Below are positions 48,771 through 58,018 of a stretch of 64,000 nucleotides of DNA, in pieces. A program made the position numbers and the translations under genes. Source of the DNA: Bacteroidales bacterium (GTDB taxonomy: Bacteria; Bacteroidota; Bacteroidia; Bacteroidales; UBA3663); assembly GCA_045598885.1 (NCBI GenBank), contig JAZRVB010000071.1, positions 39,260 to 103,259 on the forward strand, read 5' to 3'. The notes under the pieces were generated by a model. It worked only from the letters and a program-made list of their open reading frames with translations, searched no databases and had not been told where the DNA came from. How positions within the stretch are numbered: the stretch's first letter is position 1; every line of letters starts with the position of its first letter.

Positions 48771-49170
48771 GCGACTGGAGGTGATCATTGCTGTCTGTGC
48801 TTTTGCAATAGGTGTCTTGATCTATCTGCTATGGCGCGATCAGCATCTGCTTGTTCACCGTGTCATTCACGGGTGTGGTTTACAACCGTGGCTTGACACC
48901 CTTCGCTGCGAAGTTGCAGACATCCATTTACCCGAGTGGGTAAGATTTGCTCTTCCTGACGGGCTTTGGTCCTTGTCATATATTCTCCTGATAGATGCAC
49001 TTGTCCGCAGAGAATATCTGCTAACGGCAATCATCCCTGTCATCGGAATCCTCTCAGAGCTTATGCAGCTTGTAGGATGGTTGCCTGGCACCTTCGATGT
49101 TGCCGACCTCCTTGCCTACGCCATTCCTTATCTCCTATATGTCGGATTCATCAAACCGACTCTGGAGTAA
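48745..49170 (+). CDS. Hypothetical membrane protein
   Basis: Three to four TM helices; LPDGLW, SELMQ, PGTFDVADL motifs; start uncertain (GTG 48781 possible). Confidence 0.65.
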   Translation: MPMVSSASKRLEVIIAVCAFAIGVLIYLLWRDQHLLVHRVIHGCGLQPWLDTLRCEVADIHLPEWVRFALPDGLWSLSYILLIDALVRREYLLTAIIPVIGILSELMQLVGWLPGTFDVADLLAYAIPYLLYVGFIKPTLE

Positions 49171-49214
49171 CACATCGTTTTGATTTCAAACCGACTAACC
49201 AATAATAATAGAAT

Positions 49215-50345
49215 ATGAGTTACAACAAAGGCGAAAAAACACCTATGGAGCCTTCAGCTTTCGGCAATAACGGAAGTGGCAAGAAACCATTGATCTCAAC
49301 TAAAGGAGCCCTTATCATCGGCTTCTTCGTTGCTGCTGCGCTCCTTACCATCTTTGTCCCTACCGACGAAGAAACCTCCACTACCACAGAACCAATGGTA
49401 GAGAACTTCAATCTCGGTGAAGAATCACGCCAGGCAATCGAAGAACAGAACAAAGACAACTCTTCGTTCACTCAGAGCGACGAGAGTAAGGTGACTGAGG
49501 AGAAACCTGTCTCAATCAGCGAGATTCTCGGACCTGACCCCTTTGTGGAACTCGAAGGTATGATTGGACTCGACTCTGTCAAGGCAGAGGTCAAGAGCCT
49601 TGCCAATTATATCAAGCTGATGCAGGAGCGAGAGGCAAAGGGACTCAAGTCGCCTAATATTTCTTATCACTGCGTCTTCAGCGGCAATCCTGGTACTGGC
49701 AAAACTACCGTAGCTCGCATTCTGGCACGTATCTACCGTGATCTCGGCGTTGTCTCAAAGGGGCATCTTGTCGAGACAGATCGAAACGGACTGATTGGTT
49801 CTTACGTCGGACAGACAGGTCCTAAGACCAACGCGCTAATCGACTCTGCCCTGGGAGGTGTGCTTTTCATCGATGAGGCTTATGGACTTCTCGACAACGG
49901 AGGCTACGGAGACGAAGCCATTGCTACCCTATTGAAACGTATGGAAGACGACCGCAAGGATCTTGTCGTCATTGTGGCTGGCTACACCGAGGAGATGAAG
50001 CAGTTCATCGACGCAAACCCAGGCCTGCAGTCACGTTTCACCCGTTACATCAACTTCCCTGACTATACACCAGAAGAGCTCTATAACATCTTCCTGGCAC
50101 GCATGAAGCCCTATTCTCTTCAGCTCTCTCCAGATGCTTCAGAAGCCCTTAAAAGTGTACTGACGAAAGCCTACGAAACCAAGACACGCAACTTTGGCAA
50201 TGGCCGTTACGTGCGAAATCTCTTTGAGACAGCCGTCACCAATATGGCCAATCGCCTCTCGAAAAAACAGGACACAAGCGATGCTGATTTGAGCACAATC
50301 ACGCATTCAGACATCGAATATGCCTTCAAACAAGTTAAGTTTTGA
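49215..50345 (+). CDS. Membrane-anchored AAA+ ATPase of the SpoVK/CbbX family
   Basis: N-terminal TM helix; IGLDSVK, GNPGTGKTT, LFIDEAY, AGY, NPGLQSRF, FGNGRYVRN. Confidence 0.88.
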   Translation: MSYNKGEKTPMEPSAFGNNGSGKKPLISTKGALIIGFFVAAALLTIFVPTDEETSTTTEPMVENFNLGEESRQAIEEQNKDNSSFTQSDESKVTEEKPVSISEILGPDPFVELEGMIGLDSVKAEVKSLANYIKLMQEREAKGLKSPNISYHCVFSGNPGTGKTTVARILARIYRDLGVVSKGHLVETDRNGLIGSYVGQTGPKTNALIDSALGGVLFIDEAYGLLDNGGYGDEAIATLLKRMEDDRKDLVVIVAGYTEEMKQFIDANPGLQSRFTRYINFPDYTPEELYNIFLARMKPYSLQLSPDASEALKSVLTKAYETKTRNFGNGRYVRNLFETAVTNMANRLSKKQDTSDADLSTITHSDIEYAFKQVKF

Positions 50346-50383
50346 TAAAAAATAATAGAAAACGCCAAAAATCGAGCAGATAA

Positions 50384-50415
50384 TTTGGTGTTTTCTATTT
50401 TTTTGCTTATCTTTG
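50384..50415 (+). promoter_or_regulatory. Bacteroidetes sigmaA promoter for tRNA-Val
   Basis: TTTG (50384-50387), 20-nt spacer, TATCTTTG (50408-50415). Confidence 0.75.
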
Positions 50416-50432
50416 CACTCGCAAAACCAGAC

Positions 50433-50506
50433 GTCGGCATAGCTCAGCTGGTTAGAGTATCACCTTGACATGGTGGGGGTCCTTGGTTCGAATCCAAGTG
50501 TCGACA
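50433..50506 (+). tRNA. tRNA-Val(GAC), CCA not encoded
   Basis: Acceptor stem GTCGGCA/TGTCGAC plus discriminator A; D-arm TAGCTCAGCTGGTTAGAGT; anticodon loop TTGACAT; T-arm CTTGG-TTCGAAT-CCAAG. Confidence 0.96.
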
Positions 50507-50519
50507 CAAACAATATAAG

Positions 50520-50559
50520 CAAGAGAGTGTCAGAGTCCGCAAGGTCTTTGACATTTCTT
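50520..50559 (+). terminator. Hairpin downstream of tRNA-Val
   Basis: aagagagtgtcagag...ctttgacatttctt followed by T-rich sequence. Confidence 0.55.
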
Positions 50560-50626
50560 ATTTTATAAAGCTACTTATCCATTTTGGGCTACGTAGCTTT
50601 TTTGCAGAACATTTATAGATAAAAGC

Positions 50627-52111
50627 ATGCGTTATTACCTCCCTCTGCTTCTTCTCTTCTCCTCGCTGCTCAGTTGTGGCAGCGACTCTCCAATCATAGA
50701 TCGTGTAGATCCGGATGTGGTTCCTGAGAACCCGAATGTCGATGTGACCACACAGCTGGTCGATATCTTTGCATCTTATACGCTCGAAGAATATTATCTC
50801 TGGATTGATGATCCTGGACGCCTCGATCTGATAGAGGCGGTATTTGATCCTGATACTTGTTACCACCCTAAGGCGGCTCTATCAAAAGTGCTCAGCAAGG
50901 AAGACCGATGGACAGAACTTCTGGACAATATGACTGAAACCAAGGAAAGTTTTGCGGGAACTGAGACATCCACCGGTATGGAGGTGATTCCTTATCTGCT
51001 CGACAAGACTTCCCGTCGCATTTTCTTTGTTGTCACCTGTGTTCATCCTGGAAGTCCTGCCGACCTGGCGGGCATCAAGCGAGGAGACGTCTTCAACAAG
51101 ATGGACGGTCAGTATTTAACCTCCAGCAACTACAAGCTCTTCTATTCCAACAGCAGTACCATGATACTGACCTATGCAGAGATTATTGCCGGAAGTCACC
51201 TTCAGGAAACAGACAGAACCATCACCATAAAACCAGTCAAAGCCTATCTGGAACCTGTTATCATGACCAAGGTGTTTGACATTAACGGTGAGAAAAAGGT
51301 CGGATATCTCAATTATGTATCGTTTACGGATAGCGTATCAACACTGATCTCAGCTTTTGAGGACTTTAAGAATCAGGGCGTCTCTGAACTGGTGGTTGAC
51401 CTCCGATACAATGGTGGCGGCTATATAAGTACCTGTACAGCTCTTGCCTCAATGATGGCTCCTAAATCCGTTATCGAAAACGAGGAGGTATTCATTACAA
51501 ATATTTATAATCAGATGTTCACTGAGTATTACGAGAAGTATTACTCACTCAGTGACAATTTCGAAAAGAAATACATTGACCTGAATCTTGAACTTAAGAA
51601 GATCTACTTCCTCGTCTCAGCATATACAGCTTCGGCTTCAGAAGCGCTTATCGTAGGACTTAGCCCCTATTGTGATGTCACCCTGATCGGAGAAAAGACC
51701 CATGGCAAGTTCTGCTCAGGCATGCTGGTTACTCCTGACTATATTTTCATTGAGGATTTCTACAAACAGTATAAAAACGAATTCAAGGATTGGGGTATGT
51801 ATGTCATGGTAGGCACCTTTGGTGATAAGAATGGATATAATGGCAGCCGTCCGGATGGCTTTACTCCTAATACAATTATCGAAGATGATCCTTTTGACGG
51901 CTATGAGTTTGGAGATCCGCGCGAAACACTCTTGCGCGAAGCCCTCGAACAGGCTGGCATGAAAATCAGAAATTACGACTATTATGCTCCTACCAGAGCG
52001 ACCAAGGCCTCTTTGTCATTTGAGAAACTTCCAGAGGAGAAACCAGGATATACTATCAGAACGATGGATAAGAATATGCCTAAGCATAGCACAAGAGCGT
52101 TGTTCAGATAA
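50627..52111 (+). CDS. S41 family peptidase lipoprotein with PDZ domain
   Basis: Lipobox LLSC; GSPADLAGIKRGD (PDZ); VDLRYNGGG; TASASE; GEKTHGK. Confidence 0.92.
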   Translation: MRYYLPLLLLFSSLLSCGSDSPIIDRVDPDVVPENPNVDVTTQLVDIFASYTLEEYYLWIDDPGRLDLIEAVFDPDTCYHPKAALSKVLSKEDRWTELLDNMTETKESFAGTETSTGMEVIPYLLDKTSRRIFFVVTCVHPGSPADLAGIKRGDVFNKMDGQYLTSSNYKLFYSNSSTMILTYAEIIAGSHLQETDRTITIKPVKAYLEPVIMTKVFDINGEKKVGYLNYVSFTDSVSTLISAFEDFKNQGVSELVVDLRYNGGGYISTCTALASMMAPKSVIENEEVFITNIYNQMFTEYYEKYYSLSDNFEKKYIDLNLELKKIYFLVSAYTASASEALIVGLSPYCDVTLIGEKTHGKFCSGMLVTPDYIFIEDFYKQYKNEFKDWGMYVMVGTFGDKNGYNGSRPDGFTPNTIIEDDPFDGYEFGDPRETLLREALEQAGMKIRNYDYYAPTRATKASLSFEKLPEEKPGYTIRTMDKNMPKHSTRALFR

Positions 52112-52174
52112 TTAAGGTCGACACATTCTGATATTCTGCATAATCACATCAACATTACCATATTTATAAATTCT

Positions 52175-53980
52175 ATGAAAAAAACATTTCTTTCAGCATT
52201 TCTCTGCATCGCTGGCATAAGTGCAATGGCACAGGTGCCAGCAGGCGTTCCTCAGATGGGAGCATTCGGCTTCGGTGGCAATCAAGCCAGTGAGACAGAA
52301 GCAGAATGGAGTAAGAAGTACACAGACATCAACTATGTCGGCGACGGCGAAGAGTATCACAACCTCGACATCTATCTGCCAAAGACTCAGGCAGAGCGCT
52401 ATCCTGTTGTCGTACACATCTACGGCAGCGCATGGTTCAGCAACAGTTCTAAGGGAATGGCAGACATCAATACCATCTGCGCAGCATTGCTCAAGGCTGG
52501 CTACGCAGTCGTCTGTCCTAACCACCGCAGCAGCATGGATGCCAAGTGGCCAGCCCAGATCAATGATATCAAGGCTGTCGTCCGTTTTCTCCGTGCCAAG
52601 GCAGATAAGTTCCACCTCGACCCATCGTTCATCGGAATGTCTGGCTTCTCATCAGGCGCTCATCTTGCTTCGGTCATGGCTACTACCAATGGTATTACCA
52701 CAGCCAAGTCGGGAGACGTAGAGTATGACCTCGAAGGCAAGCTCGGCATCTTCACCAGCGAGAAGAGCTACGTTAACGCCTGTGTGGAATGGTCAGGTCC
52801 TGTCGACCTCCTCAATATGGATTGTGATGGTGTAGCCAAGGATCCGAATTCTCCTGAGGTTGCTGTCATGGGAATGCCAAAGGAAGGCAATACCGACGCA
52901 TACAACCTGCTTAATGCAACTTTTTACATCGACTCACAGGATGTACCTATCGGCATCTTCCACGGCCTTAAGGACAATGTAGTACCAGAGTGCCAGGGTT
53001 CACTCTTCCACCAGCAGCTGCAGGCAGCAGGCGTCAAGACCTTCCTCGTCGAGCAGCCAGAAGGTGGCCACGGATTTAATATGTATACAGAGGAGAACCT
53101 TCAGAAGATGGTCAACTGGTTCGACGCCGCACGCCTTGAGCCAAAGTCATCGATTCTTGAGAACGGTGGTACTGGCCTCTACCCTGCTGTCATGAAGGAA
53201 GAAGAGACTCTTCCTGCACACACCCTTTTCGTCCCACAGGATCTGAGCAAGTTCGGCAAGAAGAACCTGCTTCCTGTTCTCGTATGGGGCAATGGTGCCT
53301 GCAACAACTCACCATTCGAGCATCTTCTTTTCCTCAACGAGATTGCCTCACAGGGTTACCTCGTCGTTGCTACCGGCTACTTCCCTATCCCAGGCATGAA
53401 CTTCTGGGGTCTTCCTCGTTCAACCTCTCAGCAGCAGCTTGAGGCAATCGACTGGGTAATGGCTCGCAATGAGGATAAGAACTCTCCATACTATCACAAG
53501 ATCGACGTCAAGAACATCTGTGTAGCCGGTATGTCGTGTGGTGGTCTTCAGACGCTCGATAACTCTGCGGATCCTCGCATTAAGACGCTGATGATCTGCA
53601 ACTCTGGTCTTTTCAGCAATCCTGCCGGTGCAGTACCTGGTATGCCAATGCCAGAGAAGGAGAAACTCAACAACATCAAGGTTCCGATCATCTACATCCT
53701 CGGAGGCAAGGAAGACATCGCATACGAGAATGGCATGGATGACTTCCACCGCATCAATCACGTCCCTGCAATGGCCGTTAACCTCCCTGTAGGTCACGGA
53801 GGCACCTACGCTCAGCCACACGGTGGCGAGTTTACTGTTCCTGCCATCGGTTGGCTCAACTGGCAACTTAAGGGCGACAAGGAAGCAGCCAAGCTCTTCC
53901 AGGGCGATGCTTGCGGAATGTCTCAGCGTCCAGGTTGGACAGCAGAGAAGAATGCATTGATCGACAAGAATACGAAATAA
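52175..53980 (+). CDS. Secreted tandem alpha/beta-hydrolase (two esterase-like domains)
   Basis: Signal peptide. Domain 1: LDIYLP, GFSSG, FHG..D..VP, GGHG (BD-FAE-like). Domain 2: WGNGAC, GMSCGG, GHGGTY. Confidence 0.85.
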   Translation: MKKTFLSAFLCIAGISAMAQVPAGVPQMGAFGFGGNQASETEAEWSKKYTDINYVGDGEEYHNLDIYLPKTQAERYPVVVHIYGSAWFSNSSKGMADINTICAALLKAGYAVVCPNHRSSMDAKWPAQINDIKAVVRFLRAKADKFHLDPSFIGMSGFSSGAHLASVMATTNGITTAKSGDVEYDLEGKLGIFTSEKSYVNACVEWSGPVDLLNMDCDGVAKDPNSPEVAVMGMPKEGNTDAYNLLNATFYIDSQDVPIGIFHGLKDNVVPECQGSLFHQQLQAAGVKTFLVEQPEGGHGFNMYTEENLQKMVNWFDAARLEPKSSILENGGTGLYPAVMKEEETLPAHTLFVPQDLSKFGKKNLLPVLVWGNGACNNSPFEHLLFLNEIASQGYLVVATGYFPIPGMNFWGLPRSTSQQQLEAIDWVMARNEDKNSPYYHKIDVKNICVAGMSCGGLQTLDNSADPRIKTLMICNSGLFSNPAGAVPGMPMPEKEKLNNIKVPIIYILGGKEDIAYENGMDDFHRINHVPAMAVNLPVGHGGTYAQPHGGEFTVPAIGWLNWQLKGDKEAAKLFQGDACGMSQRPGWTAEKNALIDKNTK

Positions 53981-54010
53981 ACGACTCACGTCATTTATTC
54001 AATTATTAAG

Positions 54011-54110
54011 TAGCAAATAACAAATATCACCACCCAAGTACATGGATCAAATCATGTAGCGAGGGTGGTGATATTTTTTATCGATACAGATATTTTCTAT
54101 TTGATATTTA
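54011..54110. repeat. Dispersed palindromic element (copy 3 of 3); likely bidirectional terminator
   Basis: aaatatcaccaccc (54022-54035) / gggtggtgatattt (54063-54076) with caaata-type 7-mer flanks. Confidence 0.8.
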
Positions 54111-54130
54111 CCATTGCACGTTAAGCAAGA

Positions 54131-55966
54131 TCAAGCTCCTTTATACTCCACTACCAGCATCGTAATATCATCGCTCTGCTCCGTGTCATGCGCATGCTTT
54201 TCAACGCATTGGTAAACATATTCTACAAATCCCTTGGCAGAACGGACCTGATGACTACGAGCATCTGCTAAAGCTGCGAGAGTTGCATCCTCACCAAAAA
54301 GCTCATGGTTAGCATTCTCTGCCTCTGTAACGCCATCTGTATAAAGGAAGACTGCTTCACCTGGAATAAGCTGTGTCTTCTCACCTTCAAAGACAAAACC
54401 ATCAAAAAGACCTACGGCGATGTTACGCTTCTCAGCCATATAATGGACATCCACGCCGCCGTCAGTTTTTAGTCGACGGATCACGGGTGCATTATGACCA
54501 GCATTACAGTAGTTGAGATCGCCTGTCTTGAGGTCAAGTACACCGAGGAACATCGTGCAGAACATGGAGTATTCATTACCCTTACTAATCGTATCATTGA
54601 GCGAAGAAAGGATCTCTTCAGGGGCATCATAACGAAGCGATACATTTCGGAAGAGCGCCACAATGACCGTCATAAAGAGTGATGCTGGAATACCCTTACC
54701 AGAAACGTCACCGATGCAGAAGAACAGTTTATCATCGCGAACAAAGTAGTCATACAGGTCGCCACCCACGCTCTTTGCCGGTTTCAGGAAACCGCAGACA
54801 TCCAGCTCCTTAATATCCGGGAAGGCGGGATAGATCTTCGGAATCATACCCATCTGGATGCTCGAAGCCACCTTCAGTTCACTCTCGATACCAGTCTTAC
54901 TGATAGTCACGCGCTGCAGACGGCGGAAGACCCAGAGCATAGCTGCCAGCATAATGAGAATGCTCACGACAGCGATGAGCGTAGTATCTCGTTTCATGCG
55001 TATCAAACCGCCAAAGACCGACTCCTTCGGACATTCGATAGAAATGGTCCATCCGTTGCGCTTGATTGGAGACACATAAAAGAACGATTCGGTATGATCG
55101 CCCGTAGTAACCGTAAAGCTGCCACTTCGCTGATCTTCCATCGTCTTCTGAATACTATCATCCGAAGAATATCCAGAATATTTCTCCAGCTCACCCACCG
55201 ACTTCATGATCAGCGATGTGTCCGGATGGCTGACAAAGCGGAACTCTCGGTCGACAATTGTAACCTCTGAGCCAGGATATGGCAAAACCTCGTTACATTT
55301 CCCGCGGAAAGCCTCGGTATCAATATCACAAGCCAATACACCAACCAGGCGACCGCCTTTGCCATGCAATGGAAGACTATAGCAAGTCACTACCTTACCC
55401 ATCCTTGTCTCATGGAACGGACGACTCCAGTACGGTTTGTCCTGCATCGCAGCTTCCTTATACCATTCTTTCTGGTGGAAGTCATGAATCTGGCCAAGGT
55501 ACAGACGCTCAGTAGATCCAGCTACGTTGGTCACATAAGCCGCAAAGCCATACTTTCCCGAGGTATTTGGATAGACAAAATTCTCAAATCCGATGGCCAC
55601 ACCACATATAAGAGGATTTGCATCGATAAAGCGCTCCAATTCCAGGAAGCACTCCTCCTCTGTCGGCAGGTGGAAAGTAGCCGGATCGATAAGCACAAAC
55701 CCATTACCATCCGCATCACGCGTGCTGGCACCGAACTTTGAGCTGATCAGTGTAAATGCCACATCTTCAACGCGCTGCAGCTGGACATCAACATAAGTGT
55801 TGATATAATCGATGTCACGCTGCACCTTATTATTCACCTCTGCTGTGACTTCTTCTCGAGCAATATAAAGGCTCAATCCAAAGCCAATAGTATAGACAAG
55901 ACCTGCCACCAGCACTACGACAAGTGCCAGGTCGATATAAGATCTTAATCCAAGAATTTTTTTCAT
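54131..55966 (-). CDS. Membrane sensor PP2C/SpoIIE (RsbU-like) phosphatase with periplasmic Cache domain
   Basis: Start set at MKKILG. Two TM helices flank a Cache domain (WY...WSRPF); VGGDLYDYF, IGDVSGKG, NAGH, YTDGVTEA, DDITML. Confidence 0.92.
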   Translation of the reverse strand: MKKILGLRSYIDLALVVVLVAGLVYTIGFGLSLYIAREEVTAEVNNKVQRDIDYINTYVDVQLQRVEDVAFTLISSKFGASTRDADGNGFVLIDPATFHLPTEEECFLELERFIDANPLICGVAIGFENFVYPNTSGKYGFAAYVTNVAGSTERLYLGQIHDFHQKEWYKEAAMQDKPYWSRPFHETRMGKVVTCYSLPLHGKGGRLVGVLACDIDTEAFRGKCNEVLPYPGSEVTIVDREFRFVSHPDTSLIMKSVGELEKYSGYSSDDSIQKTMEDQRSGSFTVTTGDHTESFFYVSPIKRNGWTISIECPKESVFGGLIRMKRDTTLIAVVSILIMLAAMLWVFRRLQRVTISKTGIESELKVASSIQMGMIPKIYPAFPDIKELDVCGFLKPAKSVGGDLYDYFVRDDKLFFCIGDVSGKGIPASLFMTVIVALFRNVSLRYDAPEEILSSLNDTISKGNEYSMFCTMFLGVLDLKTGDLNYCNAGHNAPVIRRLKTDGGVDVHYMAEKRNIAVGLFDGFVFEGEKTQLIPGEAVFLYTDGVTEAENANHELFGEDATLAALADARSHQVRSAKGFVEYVYQCVEKHAHDTEQSDDITMLVVEYKGA

Positions 55967-55970
55967 ACTA

Positions 55971-56813
55971 TTAGTTGTCTGTACCAACTGGCACAACAAG
56001 GTCGCTGATGAAAGTCAGCTTATCCTCCCACCCATCTGCAAAGATGTTTGGCGAGTGTGTTGTCATGATAATCTGGCAGTTAGGATTCAATTCACTCATA
56101 AGTGCGACAAGACGATCCTGCCACTCGATGTGAAGCGAGATTTCCGGTTCGTCAAGCAGGAGCACAGTCGGCTTGTCTTCCATCAGGAAGAGCGTGAAGA
56201 GCAGCAGCAGGATCTGCTTCTCACCTGCCGAGAGCCTCTCCATCTCGATGATCAGATCTCCCTTACGGAAGATGACGCGGTTCTTATCATCGATCTCGAT
56301 GGTCTTGCCGGTGTTGACAAAGAGCGAGTTGATAAGCTCGAAAAACTTATCGATACGCTCCTGCTTGGCCAATGCCGAACGCAGATCCTTGAGCATGCCC
56401 AGACGATAATCAGAAAAAGAAAATACATCCGGATTGCGCTGATAGAGCACCTGATCGAGCGTCAAACCCAGCTGGGAGAGTGAAGATTTCTTGCTGGCTG
56501 GCACATCGAAAGTATTGACATAATAGAAGCATGCCAGACCTTCGTAACCACCAAAAGCGGGCTTATGCACCATCTGCTTGCCGTCGAACGTCATCTCTCC
56601 AGCCGTGGTTGTGATAGTTACTTTCGCCTTGAGCTGCTTCACAAACTTATCGTCCTTCATCAAAACGGCACGGATAAGGTTCAGCATGGTCGACTTACCA
56701 AAGCCATTCTGGCCGACAACGATGTTGACGCCAGGATCGAGGCCATGCCACTCCAGAGTGGTATCGCCCCACATGCTTTCGATAACGATATCGGTAATGT
56801 GAAGATTGCTCAT
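55971..56813 (-). CDS. ABC-type ATPase (AAA_21/AAA_15), AriA-like
   Basis: Walker A GQNGFGKST, signature LSAGEKQ, Walker B/D-loop LLLDEPEISLH, H-loop TTHSP; no adjacent permease. Confidence 0.88.
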   Translation of the reverse strand: MSNLHITDIVIESMWGDTTLEWHGLDPGVNIVVGQNGFGKSTMLNLIRAVLMKDDKFVKQLKAKVTITTTAGEMTFDGKQMVHKPAFGGYEGLACFYYVNTFDVPASKKSSLSQLGLTLDQVLYQRNPDVFSFSDYRLGMLKDLRSALAKQERIDKFFELINSLFVNTGKTIEIDDKNRVIFRKGDLIIEMERLSAGEKQILLLLFTLFLMEDKPTVLLLDEPEISLHIEWQDRLVALMSELNPNCQIIMTTHSPNIFADGWEDKLTFISDLVVPVGTDN

Positions 56814-56824
56814 GGGGGAAATAA

Positions 56825-57727
56825 TTAGAACAGCTTATTAGGATACAATCCCTGCTCGTGCAACTCCTTGAACTTAGCAACGACAGCAGGACGATCAGTA
56901 GCGTAGGTGACGCCGAACCACTTCGATGGGGTGTCGAGCACCTTACAGGTAGCCTTGCCCGAATTGATCAGCACATCGACCATGAGAGGAATGAAGAACT
57001 CTGACTTCAGCTCCTGGCCGTGCTCCTTGAGGAACTCGATGAAATACTCCTCTGAGTGACGGAAATAGTCAGGAGTCAACGCCCACATATTCATCGATAC
57101 AGGTGTATTCTCTGCCAAAGCCGTCTTGCCGTCCTCCTCGATGAAACGGATCACGCCGTCCTCCTCGCGAAGGATCTTGGTACGTTCGGTAACCTTTGTA
57201 AGATAACCTTCATCATTGGTTTCGCAGACGCCACGAGCCACTGTACCACCCTCAGAAAGGGTGTTGCATACACGATAACCGACCATGGCGTACTTGCCCT
57301 CGGTACCCTCGATGCTGGTGAGGTAGTCTGCCAATACCTTGAATGACTCGCTGCCATAGTAGTCGTCAGCATTGATGACTGCGAATGGCTCCTTGATGGC
57401 ATCCTTGCCCATGAGCACAGCATGGTTGGTACCCCATGGCTTCTCACGGCCCTCTGGCACCTTGAAGCCAGCTGGCAGATTGTCGAGATCCTGGAAGACG
57501 AGCTCCACTGGAATGCGACCCTCATACTTAGAGACGATCTTCTCACGGAAATCCTGCTCGAAGACGCGACGGATGACAAATACTACCTTACCGAAGCCGG
57601 CCTGAATAGCGTCATAAATACTATAATCCATGATGGTCTCACCATTAGGTCCAAGGCCATCGAGCTGCTTAAGTCCACCATAACGGCTGCCCATACCGGC
57701 AGCAAGTACAAAGAGTGTTGGTTTCAT
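56825..57727 (-). CDS. Sugar-phosphate nucleotidyltransferase family protein
   Basis: LAAGMGSRYGGLKQ, KPWGT, INADDYYG, SMNMW, WFGVTY. Confidence 0.92.
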   Translation of the reverse strand: MKPTLFVLAAGMGSRYGGLKQLDGLGPNGETIMDYSIYDAIQAGFGKVVFVIRRVFEQDFREKIVSKYEGRIPVELVFQDLDNLPAGFKVPEGREKPWGTNHAVLMGKDAIKEPFAVINADDYYGSESFKVLADYLTSIEGTEGKYAMVGYRVCNTLSEGGTVARGVCETNDEGYLTKVTERTKILREEDGVIRFIEEDGKTALAENTPVSMNMWALTPDYFRHSEEYFIEFLKEHGQELKSEFFIPLMVDVLINSGKATCKVLDTPSKWFGVTYATDRPAVVAKFKELHEQGLYPNKLF

Positions 57728-57805
57728 TTTTTATAAAGTATAACATTTTAAATAAGTAGTATCACGCACATTCATAATACTACCTGTCAATCAAATTTTC
57801 TACTG

Positions 57806-57928
57806 CAAAAATACGAAATTATTGTGTAAGTCGGCAAAAAAAACTACCAAAAAATGTAAAAAAAGACAAAATTAGTCATTTTTTGGCTTTTTATTGTCCG
57901 ACTTATCGGAAAATATACCATATTTGCA
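57806..57928. promoter_or_regulatory. Mirror-symmetric divergent promoter region
   Basis: Minus-strand TATTTTTG (57806-57813) with TTTG 21 nt upstream; plus-strand CATATTTG near 57919-57926; about 30-bp imperfect inverted repeat at 57827-57856 / 57877-57905. Confidence 0.65.
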
Positions 57929-58018
57929 GACATAAACAAAGAAAATCAACCCCAAATACTCGACAATCCGCCTATCGAAACAAATCTACTCCTTATAAAC
58001 GATAAAGTAGATCACAAG

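Noticed and set aside
50433-54000. Intact prophage or ICE at tRNA-Val
   Set aside because: No integrase, relaxase or phage genes; only a 9-bp repeat, reported separately as a weak islet signal.
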